Assembly (NCBI GenBank): GCA_034667685.1
Contig: JAXDQU010000055.1
Coordinates: 1-27,715 of the forward strand
DNA: 27,715 nucleotides
Source of the DNA: Thermoplasmata archaeon
GTDB taxonomy: Archaea; Thermoplasmatota; SW-10-69-26; JACQPN01; JAJPHT01
Direction of reading: 5' to 3'
Below, one piece after another: positions 1-8,359 of this stretch. Positions within the stretch are counted from its first letter, which is position 1. Each line of letters opens with the position of its first letter. Position numbers and translations under genes: made by a program. A model generated the notes under the pieces. It was given only the letters and a program-made list of their open reading frames with translations. It did no database searches and had not been told where the DNA came from.

Positions 1-67
1 CGCTCGCGGCGGCCAGGATCGCACCTCGGGCGGCCGGGCGCACGAGGGTTCATCCCGCGCGCTCCGG

Positions 68-448
68 ATGAACCCCGCCGTGGTCGACGCGCCGTACGAA
101 CGCCAGCTCTTCGTGTGCACCTACGGCGCGTGGTGCCGGCTCGATGGCGCCGACGAGATCCGCGCCGCGCTGAAGGCCAAGACCAAGGAGGCGGGGCTCG
201 ACAGGGAGATCCGCATCACCAAGAGCGGCTGCTTCGGCCAGTGCGGCCACGGCCCGATGATGGTCGCGTGGCCCGAGAACGTCTGGTACCACAAGGCGAC
301 GCTCGCCGACGTGGACGAGCTCTTCGAGTCGCACGTCCGCCGTGGCGAGCCCGTGGAGCGCCTGCGCTATCACCCCGCGAAGCCCGGCTCCAACAAGACC
401 GACGAGGTCAAGCGGCGCGAGGCGGAGAAGGGGACGCACATCGACTGA
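68..448 (+). CDS. Thioredoxin-like [2Fe-2S] ferredoxin
   Basis: FVCTYGAWC...KSGCFGQCGHGPMMVAWPENVWY is the Cys pattern and GP..YP..VWY motif of thioredoxin-like 2Fe-2S ferredoxins. Confidence 0.88.
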   Translation: MNPAVVDAPYERQLFVCTYGAWCRLDGADEIRAALKAKTKEAGLDREIRITKSGCFGQCGHGPMMVAWPENVWYHKATLADVDELFESHVRRGEPVERLRYHPAKPGSNKTDEVKRREAEKGTHID

Positions 449-484
449 AAATGTTGAAGCGCTCCGCCCGGCGATATCTCCGCG

Positions 485-1375
485 ATGGAAGGCGTCGGCG
501 AGCTCTTCGGCCGCAGCGTCGACGCCGTGCTGCGCCGGCCGCGCGCCGTGGTCGTGCCGCTGCTCATCGACCTGGGCTACCTCCTGCTGGGCACGGGCAT
601 CTTCGAGGCCGTGGCGCAGCGCGAGGTGCTCTTTCCGCAGGGGTACCGCCTGCCCTCCTTCCCGGTCGCGGTGCCGCACGCGCTTCCCACCGTGGGCGAC
701 GTGCTGGGCCCCACGCCCTCGCTCTCGGGGCTGGGCCGGCCGGTGATCCTCGCGGCGCTGGTCCTGACCCTCGCCGCGATCCCGCTGCTCGCCTACGCGG
801 AGGCGGGGTTCCTCGGCGTCTTGCGCGCGGTCTACCTCACCGAGCACGACGTGCTGGAGGAGGGGCGCCACCCCGACGCCTGGAGCCGCATCCGCGAGGC
901 GTTCGGCGCGGCGGGGCGGCGGCACTGGCGCACGTTCCTCGCGCTGCGCGGCATCCAGGCGATCCTCGCCATCGCCGCGCTGCTGCTCCCGTTGGGGCTG
1001 CCGCGGCTCGGGAACTACGGGCTGGGCGTGCTCGCCGTCGACGTGCTGCTCCTCTACGCGCCCTACGCCGCGCTGGAGTCGCGCAAGGGGGCGCGCAGCG
1101 CGATCCGCGAGAGCGTGCAGATGGTGTCAGACCACCTCGCGACGACGCTCGTCGCGCTCCTCTTCGGCTTCCTGCTCACCGGCGGCGTCGGTCTCGTCGC
1201 GGGCCCGCTGGTCGCGCTAACAGGCCTCTACGCGCCCTTCCTGCTGAGCGTGCTTTATGCGCCGGTGGGCACCGCGCTCGCGCTGTTCCTCTACAACGTC
1301 TACCTCTCGTTCTCACCGCGCGATCTCGCGCCCGAGGCCACGCCCGCGCCTGCTAGCGTCCCCGCCGGCGCGTAA
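485..1375 (+). CDS. Multi-pass membrane protein, unknown function
   Basis: 296-aa ORF with typical codon bias and about 6 hydrophobic segments; TTGAAG about 30 nt upstream. Confidence 0.75.
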   Translation: MEGVGELFGRSVDAVLRRPRAVVVPLLIDLGYLLLGTGIFEAVAQREVLFPQGYRLPSFPVAVPHALPTVGDVLGPTPSLSGLGRPVILAALVLTLAAIPLLAYAEAGFLGVLRAVYLTEHDVLEEGRHPDAWSRIREAFGAAGRRHWRTFLALRGIQAILAIAALLLPLGLPRLGNYGLGVLAVDVLLLYAPYAALESRKGARSAIRESVQMVSDHLATTLVALLFGFLLTGGVGLVAGPLVALTGLYAPFLLSVLYAPVGTALALFLYNVYLSFSPRDLAPEATPAPASVPAGA

Positions 1376-1434
1376 CCGTCACCCTGACGGAACCGGAGCG
1401 AAACGCTATTCCGATCGTTGCCAATCCTGGCACG

Positions 1435-1743
1435 ATGCGCCGCGTTCGAAAAGTCATTAGCTACGCCTGCACGGCGTGCTTCCTCATGTTCCCCTCCGCC
1501 GGCGAGGCGAAGGCGCACTACGCGGCGAAGCACCCGCGCCGCGCGACCCCGCCCGGGCCGCGCCGCGCGCGGAAGACGCAGACCGGCGCGATCCTGGAGG
1601 CGCTGCGCGGCGGCTCGCACACCGCGGCCGACGTCTCGCGCAAGACGAAGATCCCGCTCACGCGCGTCCACTCCCTGCTCTCGTACCTGCGCCGCCGCGG
1701 CCAGGTCAAGGGATTCAAGGACAAGCTCAAGGCCGTCGGCTAG
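1435..1743 (+). CDS. C2H2 zinc finger fused to a winged helix-turn-helix domain; putative regulator
   Basis: CTAC-x12-H-x4-H (CTACFLMFPSAGEAKAHYAAKH), a basic linker, then ILEALRGGSHTAADVSRKTKIPLTRVHSLLSYLRRRGQV, a TrmB-like wHTH pattern. Confidence 0.75.
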   Translation: MRRVRKVISYACTACFLMFPSAGEAKAHYAAKHPRRATPPGPRRARKTQTGAILEALRGGSHTAADVSRKTKIPLTRVHSLLSYLRRRGQVKGFKDKLKAVG

Positions 1744-1751
1744 GCCGCAGG

Positions 1752-1837
1752 AACACGAAGAGCACCAAGGCACGAAGCCACGAAGGCCCCGCTTCTTCGT
1801 GCTCTTCGTGGCTTCGTGCTCTTCGTGTTGACGTCGG
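1752..1837. repeat. Family A hairpin element (CACGAAG-unit inverted arrays); gene-less copy of the GxxExxY element
   Basis: Left arm 1752-1785 aacacgaag-agcaccaag-gcacgaag-ccacgaag; right arm 1795-1829 cttcgtgct-cttcgtgg-cttcgtgct-cttcgtgtt followed by gacgtcgg. 1795-1837 matches 19363-19405 at 42/43 positions. Confidence 0.92.
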
Positions 1838-1846
1838 CCCGCTGGC

Positions 1847-2695
1847 TCAGACGTCCTTGCTGTGGAAAATGGCCCACGCGCCCGCGAAGGGCAGGACGAT
1901 CCAGAGCGCCATCGCGATGCCGAAGTACGGCGCCTTCCACATGTCGGGCAGCGCCGTGCGGCCCAGGAAGCTCGTGATGCCCTGGAACCCCTCGATGGTC
2001 GTGGACGCGAGCCCCTCGTAGACGGTGTTCGGGTTGAGCCACTGCGTGACGATCAGCCAGTTGGGAAGCGCCTGCAGGTTGCGGTAACGCGAGCCCAGCG
2101 TGCTCACGAGCACGACGAAGACGAGGAGCTGCCAGACCAGCGTGCTGAAGAAGAACCACGCGCCGATGCTGCCCGCGATCGCGGTGCCGCGGCGGTTGAA
2201 CCACGACGAGAGGAAGGTCGTGATGCTGACCCACGCGGCGCCCCACGCGAGGCTCTCCACGAGGAAGACGAGCAGCGTGTTCACGTCGCCCGCGGCGCCG
2301 GTGCGCGCGATGACGAAGATGCCGCCCACGCCGAAGCCCGCGAGGATCGCCGTCGCGAGCACGCCGAAGAGGCCGAGCCACTTGCCCATGAGGACCTCGC
2401 CGCGGCGGATCGGCTGCGCGAGGAGAAGGCCCAGGCTGCCGCTCTCGCGCTCGCCGGCCAGCGTGCCGAAGCCAAGCATCAGCGCGAGGATCGGGAGCAT
2501 GAAGCCGCTGAAGGTGTCCATGAGGTTCAGCGTCGGCCCGATGCGCGCGAGGCCGAGCCCGGTCGACTGGTCGGCGGCGGCGGTGAACGCGCTCGTGAGC
2601 AGCGTCAGCACGAGGAACACCACGGAGACCGCGATGACCCAGGCGTTGCGCACGTTCTCCAGGTACTCCTTCTTGGCGACGGCCGTCCAGGTCAT
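1847..2695 (-). CDS. ABC-2 type transporter permease (NosY-like)
   Basis: AVAKKEY N-terminus, GERESGSLGLLLAQPIRRGEVLMGK motif, about 6 TM segments; abuts the ATPase gene. Confidence 0.88.
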   Translation of the reverse strand: MTWTAVAKKEYLENVRNAWVIAVSVVFLVLTLLTSAFTAAADQSTGLGLARIGPTLNLMDTFSGFMLPILALMLGFGTLAGERESGSLGLLLAQPIRRGEVLMGKWLGLFGVLATAILAGFGVGGIFVIARTGAAGDVNTLLVFLVESLAWGAAWVSITTFLSSWFNRRGTAIAGSIGAWFFFSTLVWQLLVFVVLVSTLGSRYRNLQALPNWLIVTQWLNPNTVYEGLASTTIEGFQGITSFLGRTALPDMWKAPYFGIAMALWIVLPFAGAWAIFHSKDV

Positions 2696-3610
<915 letters not shown>

Positions 3611-3718
3611 GCGCGGGCAGCCGGCTGACCCGTCATGAAGGCTTGCGCGCGGTCGTGGAATGACGCGTGCGGCGACCTCCGGAGAGGGTTGAAGGCAGGT
3701 TGCGGTCTCCTCCTTGCC

Positions 3719-3997
3719 GTGGCCGACGTTCCGGTGGCGATCCTCGACGCGGCGCTGGCCTCCGGCGTTACGCTGCTCGCTTCCGCCGTCGCCTTCCGCG
3801 TGCTCGTGGAACGGCGGCTCACGCGGCTGGAGCGCGACGCCGAGACGCATCCGTCGCGGGAATTGCACGACCGCCTCCGAAAGGTCGAAGAAGAGTTACG
3901 CGTCTTGGAGCCCGTGCAGGACATGGTGCGCGTTCACGGGACGTCCGGAGCGCAGCGCGCGTTCGGCGGGGTGAAGCAAGATGAAGATGACGGCTGA
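3719..3997 (+). CDS. Small protein with N-terminal TM segment and coiled coil
   Basis: GTG at 3719 lies 25-30 nt after GGTTGAAG; hydrophobic stretch followed by RRLTRLE...LHDRLRKVEEELRVLE. Confidence 0.5.
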   Translation: MADVPVAILDAALASGVTLLASAVAFRVLVERRLTRLERDAETHPSRELHDRLRKVEEELRVLEPVQDMVRVHGTSGAQRAFGGVKQDEDDG

Positions 3998-4199
3998 CCA
4001 ATTCCAGCGCCTCCAGTACCTGCTGGGCAAGCGCGTCGTCACGCACGTGCTGACCTCCGCGGAAGAGATCGAGGTCCGCGCGCTCGTGGCCTGCGAGGAT
4101 CCGGAGCTCGCGCGGCGCGAGTTCGACCGCGTCGTGGACTACGGCCTGATCGTGATCGGCGCGCAGCTCCTCTCTCGCAAGCTGGCGTCCCTGGCCTGA
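3981..4199 (+). CDS. Small hypothetical protein
   Basis: 72-aa ORF with protein-like composition and GC3 bias, overlapping the upstream ORF end; GGGGTGA just upstream. Confidence 0.55.
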   Translation: MKMTADQFQRLQYLLGKRVVTHVLTSAEEIEVRALVACEDPELARREFDRVVDYGLIVIGAQLLSRKLASLA

Positions 4200-4451
4200 T
4201 CAGTTGACGGCCTGCGGCGGCAGGTCCACCGGGAAGGGGTGGACGAGGGCGGCGGCGGGCTTGGCCGGGTGGCGCTCGTGGTACGAGGCCGAGATGCGCC
4301 AGTAGTCGGCGAGGAAGCCTTCGAGACGCTCGCGCTCCGCCGCGTCGAGGCCCGGCTCGGCCAGGCGCCCGCGCATGGCGAGCAGCACGAACTCGAATCC
4401 GCTCATGAACGCGTCGAGGTACGCCTCGGACGACAAGGCCGCCGTTTCCAC
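4200..4451 (-). CDS. Small hypothetical helical protein
   Basis: VETAALSSEAYLDAFMSGFEFVLLAMRG...; stop codon abuts the convergent gene at 4199/4200. The GTG start at 4451 is inferred. Confidence 0.5.
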   Translation of the reverse strand: METAALSSEAYLDAFMSGFEFVLLAMRGRLAEPGLDAAERERLEGFLADYWRISASYHERHPAKPAAALVHPFPVDLPPQAVN

Positions 4452-4518
4452 GCGAAGCCCAGCACGGGAGGGCGCTATCACCCATCGCCCGTCACCGGCG
4501 CGGGCGACCGCCGGCCTG

Positions 4519-5193
4519 TCACCGCTCCCACGAGGACCTGTTGTCCCCCTCGGGGAGGGCAAGATCGGGCTTCGTTCGCCCGCGCCGCGCGAACGCTGCA
4601 ACCGCGAGGCTGCACCCCGCGAGCCCCACGAGGACCGCCGCGCCGACCCACGCGAGGTCGCCCACGGGCACACCCGCGCCGCCCGGTCCTGTGGCGGCAG
4701 TCAGGACGACGGCTTCGTAGCGCAGCCAGCGCACGTCGAGGCGATAGTGCCGGCCCATGACGCCCGAGGCCGCGTGCAGGCTGACGCGCCACGCCCCCTC
4801 GCCGCCGTGCGTCTGCGCGAGGGCGAGCCGCGCTTCGAGCTGCGAAGCGGGCACGACGTCGCTCTCGGGCACGGGCGGGAGCCCGGCCGCGTCGAGGCGG
4901 AGCGGCGCGTGCGTCCCCTCCACGGATCCTCCGCGGACGCCTGGGGGCGGCTCGACGGAGAGCGAGAGCGACGAGGCGCCCAGCGCCGGCGCGTCCCAGT
5001 CGAGCACGAACGACGCGCCCGTGAGGTTGGGCGCGAGCATCGGGATCTCGTGGACGACCGTGCGGCCCGGCGCGACGTCGCCCTCGTAGAGCGCCTCCTC
5101 CTCGCGCATGGCGAAGGCGAGCCGCGACGCGCCCCGCGCCGCCACCGTGGGCGCCACCAGGAGGACGACGAGGACGGCGGCGAGCGCGCGCAT
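4519..5193 (-). CDS. Secreted protein with C-terminal membrane anchor
   Basis: Signal peptide MRALAAVLVVLLVAPTVAA, beta-rich body, C-terminal TM segment followed by RRGR. Confidence 0.7.
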   Translation of the reverse strand: MRALAAVLVVLLVAPTVAARGASRLAFAMREEEALYEGDVAPGRTVVHEIPMLAPNLTGASFVLDWDAPALGASSLSLSVEPPPGVRGGSVEGTHAPLRLDAAGLPPVPESDVVPASQLEARLALAQTHGGEGAWRVSLHAASGVMGRHYRLDVRWLRYEAVVLTAATGPGGAGVPVGDLAWVGAAVLVGLAGCSLAVAAFARRGRTKPDLALPEGDNRSSWER

Positions 5194-5314
5194 GCGAAGG
5201 GATGGGCGAAGCGGCGAGGAAGAAAGGAAGCGTGAGCGGACGAGGGGCGGTTCGGCCCTGCGGCTGGCTGGAGCATCGAGCGGCTTAAGCATCCGTCCCG
5301 CGAAGAAGCACCGG

Positions 5315-6097
5315 ATGGTCGGGACGCTCGCGCTCAGCGGCGCGCTCAACCTCGTCGCGGCGTGCGCGTTCGTCGGCACCGCGGCATGGTTCCTCGCGGG
5401 CCTGCGCCACGGCCTCGACGCTGCCGCGCGGGGCGCCGCCCGCAGCTTCGCGCTCTGGTGGGCCGGCCTGGGCGCGTTCACCGCGATCCAGGGCGCGCAG
5501 GACCTCCTGGGCGCCGCGGGCGTCACGCCGCTCCCGCTCTTCGTCGCGTTCCGCTACGCGAGCCTGACGATCTTCCTCGTCGCGATCTACGGCCTGATGG
5601 ACTACACGCTCTACGTCCGCACGGGCCGCACGCGCCACCGTCCCGTCGTCGCGGCGTACCTCGCGCTCGCCGGCCTCGCGGTGATGGCCCTGCTCGCCGA
5701 GAACCCGCCCGTCGGCGTCGACCTCATGCCCTGGTGGACCGACGTGGCCTTCCCGCGCACCCCCGCGCCCGCGCTGCTGGGCGCGATCCTCGCGGCGTTC
5801 TCGCTCCCCGAGATCGTCGCGTGCCTCAGCCAGCTCCTTCTCGCGCGCCGCCTGGAGGCGAGCCCCGCGCGCACGCGCATCCTCGTGGTCTTCGGCGCGC
5901 TCCTCGTCTACGCCCTCGCGACCGCCGGCTCGCGCTACTCGGGCAGCAGCTTCGCGCAGCTCGTCCTCCGCCCCGGCCTGGGCCTCGTCGTCGCGTTGCT
6001 CGTGGTCCTCGCCTACCGGCCGCGCGCGCCCCGCGCCGCGTTCCGGCTCACGCCCACCCGCGCCGCGCTCGAGGCCCGCGTGCGCGAGCTGGTCTGA
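5315..6097 (+). CDS. Approximately 7-TM membrane protein (sensor-like, no output domain)
   Basis: ATG at 5315, about 27 nt after CTTAAG; about 7 hydrophobic helices and a short cytoplasmic tail. Confidence 0.75.
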   Translation: MVGTLALSGALNLVAACAFVGTAAWFLAGLRHGLDAAARGAARSFALWWAGLGAFTAIQGAQDLLGAAGVTPLPLFVAFRYASLTIFLVAIYGLMDYTLYVRTGRTRHRPVVAAYLALAGLAVMALLAENPPVGVDLMPWWTDVAFPRTPAPALLGAILAAFSLPEIVACLSQLLLARRLEASPARTRILVVFGALLVYALATAGSRYSGSSFAQLVLRPGLGLVVALLVVLAYRPRAPRAAFRLTPTRAALEARVRELV

Positions 6098-6164
6098 CTC
6101 GGCGAGCTCGCCCAGAACCCGTTCCATTTCAGCTTCTGCGGGGTTCCTCTTGTCAGCTTGTGCG

Positions 6165-6247
6165 GGCGCTTCGCTTTCCGCCATCACGCCAAGACGCCAA
6201 CACGCCGCGTGTTGGCGTCTTGGCGTGATGGCGGAAAGCGAAGCGCC
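6165..6247. repeat. Family B perfect palindrome (41-bp arms, 1-nt centre)
   Basis: ggcgcttcgctttccgccatcacgccaagacgccaacacgc-C-gcgtgttggcgtcttggcgtgatggcggaaagcgaagcgcc; second copy at 27649-27715. Confidence 0.95.
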
Positions 6248-6690
6248 ACGCGGAAGATGAAAAGAAAAACCGCGCAGCAAAGGAGGAGGCTATGAAACAG
6301 GTTCCAGTCATGCTCGTCCAACCCGACCGGGTCTGGTCGTGCCCGTGCCGAGGAGCATCGCGAAGCGGTGGCGCGCCAGCAGGCCGAGGTCGTCTTCGGC
6401 CGCGGGGCGAAGCGTGTCGCGGGGCACGCGGCCGCATCGCGATCCCGGCGCTTGGACCCGCGCCGTGAAAGAGGCAACGTCCACGTTGCCCACTCCGCCG
6501 CGGACGTGCGAAGCATCCTCGATAGCAAACGCGCGCCCGCAAGCGAGCGCCGGCGGCGGAGGTGGTTCATCTTTCTCGTGATAGCAATTTCACAAGTTTC
6601 ACTCACACGTTAGCTTCGGGAATGCTTGAGCATCGCAGCGCGATTGGATGGCGTCCCGCGAGAACCGCGCGCGGGCGCAGGTGAATTCCC

Positions 6691-7188
6691 ATGATCGCAA
6701 GACCCTACATCCTCGTAGCAGCCCTGCTGATGACGCTCCCTCTCTCGACGGCGGCGACGCCCGCGGCGCCCTTCGCCGGGGCCGCGGCGACGCTCCTCTA
6801 CGACGGCTCGGGGGGCACGCCTCAGCTCATCGTCGGCGAAGGCTGGTCGTGCACCCCGCTCAGCGGCTCCGGCACCTCCTGGAGCACGGACTGCAGCCCC
6901 GCCGTCGGCTCCGGCGTGGCGCTTGGCGTCCCGACGTTCTGCCAGAACCCCGAGGGCATCGCGGGCGGCACGCCCGTGTCCTTCGGCACCGCGACCGTGA
7001 CGCTCTCGTGCGGCACCGGCCCCTCCACGAGCTGCACCCTGACGAAGTGGGTAATCTCGGGGGAGTGCGACACGGCCCTCAAGGGCGGCTTCGCGTTCCC
7101 GCTGCACTGCAATGCTGACGTCACCCTGACGGTCATCGGCGCTGGGCGCGGCTACGCCGAGTGCGGCAACGGCGACGCCGCAGCCTGA
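6691..7188 (+). CDS. Secreted 8-Cys protein, paralog 1
   Basis: AGGTGA RBS, signal peptide, 8 Cys, motifs DGSGG, GWSC, CQNP..IAGGTPV, FPLHC, AECG. Confidence 0.8.
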   Translation: MIARPYILVAALLMTLPLSTAATPAAPFAGAAATLLYDGSGGTPQLIVGEGWSCTPLSGSGTSWSTDCSPAVGSGVALGVPTFCQNPEGIAGGTPVSFGTATVTLSCGTGPSTSCTLTKWVISGECDTALKGGFAFPLHCNADVTLTVIGAGRGYAECGNGDAAA

Positions 7189-7195
7189 GGCCCGC

Positions 7196-7657
7196 ATGCC
7201 AACCCGATGGCTCACGGCGGCGCTCGTCCTCGCCGTCCTGGCGACGATCGCGCCCGCCCGCGGCGCGGAAGGCGGCGGCCCGAGCTACGTGCTGCTGACC
7301 TTCCCCGCTTCGGGCGGCGCCCCCACGGTGCGGAGCACGCCGACGCTCAGCTGCGGCTCGCCCGCCACGTCCGGAGGGCTCTGGGAGGTGTCCTGCACCC
7401 CCACGACGCCCACCGGAGCGCCGTGCGAGGACCCCGTCATCGACGCGGGCGGCACGCCCGTGACCATCGGGACCATGTCGGCCCGCATCTCGTGCGGCTT
7501 CGTGTCCGCGACGTGCGACGCGAGCTGGACCGTCCAGGGCGACTGCACGCAGCTGCTGCAGGGCGCGTTCAAGTTCCCGCTCCGCTGCGCGGGCGAGGCG
7601 CATGGCACGAGCATCGGCGCCGGCGTCTTCTATGCTCAGTGTTTCCTTGGCTCTTGA
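7196..7657 (+). CDS. Secreted 8-Cys protein, paralog 2
   Basis: Signal peptide; CEDP..DAGGTPV, ISCG, FPLRC, YAQC; same Cys order as its neighbours. Confidence 0.8.
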   Translation: MPTRWLTAALVLAVLATIAPARGAEGGGPSYVLLTFPASGGAPTVRSTPTLSCGSPATSGGLWEVSCTPTTPTGAPCEDPVIDAGGTPVTIGTMSARISCGFVSATCDASWTVQGDCTQLLQGAFKFPLRCAGEAHGTSIGAGVFYAQCFLGS

Positions 7658-7670
7658 GAAGGTGTTGACG

Positions 7671-8276
7671 ATGTTCCGAAAGCTCTGCCTCGCGATCGTA
7701 GCCGTGCTCATGGCCGCCGGCCTCGCCCCGCTCGCGGAGGGCGGCGTGTGCGCGGGCATCTGGTGCATGGACGAAGGTCATTGGCTGCCGTGCAACGGGA
7801 ACGTCACGTGCCTCGTCGACCTGACCGGTGGTGGAGGCGGCGGTGGCGGGAACGGCGACGTCCCGGGGCTCGGCGTCGGTCCCGCGGCCGTGATGACTTT
7901 CGATGGCTCGGGGGGCAAGCCGAGCGTCGCGTCCGGGCCGGGCTGGAGCTGCGACGATGCGTTCCCCATCGACGGCGATTGGGAGACCGACTGCTTCCCG
8001 GACTCCGGTCCGCAGGCGAGGGCGAAGCCGATCGAGTGCGAGAATCCGTTCGCCATCGCCGGGGGCACGCCCGTGACGACGGGATGGGCGGAGGCGAAGG
8101 TCGGGTGCGCCCACGGGATCGGCAACGAATGCAGCACGAGCTGGACCGGCTCGGGCGCTTGCGTCTCCTTCCTCCTGGGGAACGACGGATTCCCGCTGCG
8201 GTGCGTCGCGAACGTCATCGGCAGCGCCATCGGCGGCACGCTCTTCGCGACGTGCGGCAACGGCCTCGGCGCCTAG
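7671..8276 (+). CDS. Secreted 8-Cys protein, paralog 3, with extra N-terminal 4-Cys module and poly-Gly linker
   Basis: GAAGGTG RBS before ATG 7671; signal peptide; CAGIWC...PCNGNVTC; Gly8 linker; then DGSGG, GWSC, CENP..IAGGTPV, FPLRC, ATCGNG. Confidence 0.8.
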   Translation: MFRKLCLAIVAVLMAAGLAPLAEGGVCAGIWCMDEGHWLPCNGNVTCLVDLTGGGGGGGGNGDVPGLGVGPAAVMTFDGSGGKPSVASGPGWSCDDAFPIDGDWETDCFPDSGPQARAKPIECENPFAIAGGTPVTTGWAEAKVGCAHGIGNECSTSWTGSGACVSFLLGNDGFPLRCVANVIGSAIGGTLFATCGNGLGA

Positions 8277-8359
8277 GACGCTCCTTCGCCAAGGGCGTTG
8301 GATCAAACGCGCCATCCAATCTCGTCTAAATGCCCCAGCCGGACCTCGGGCCGACAACC

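Noticed and set aside
3611-3868. N-terminal extensions given by the ORF track (ABC ATPase to 3868; also 5108, 7602, 11621, 13934, 26771)
   Set aside because: They overlap neighbouring genes and lack domain features; downstream starts fit RBS or TATA spacing better.
5315-6097. Microbial rhodopsin
   Set aside because: No Lys in the last helix and no rhodopsin helix C or G motifs.
6250-6640. Small gene in the AT-richer gap (ORF 6308-6493 minus; 58-aa ORF from ATG 6292 after AGGAGGAGG; gatagcaa repeated at 6521 and 6580)
   Set aside because: No recognisable motif or convincing codon bias in any frame; may be decayed or regulatory sequence but cannot be supported.
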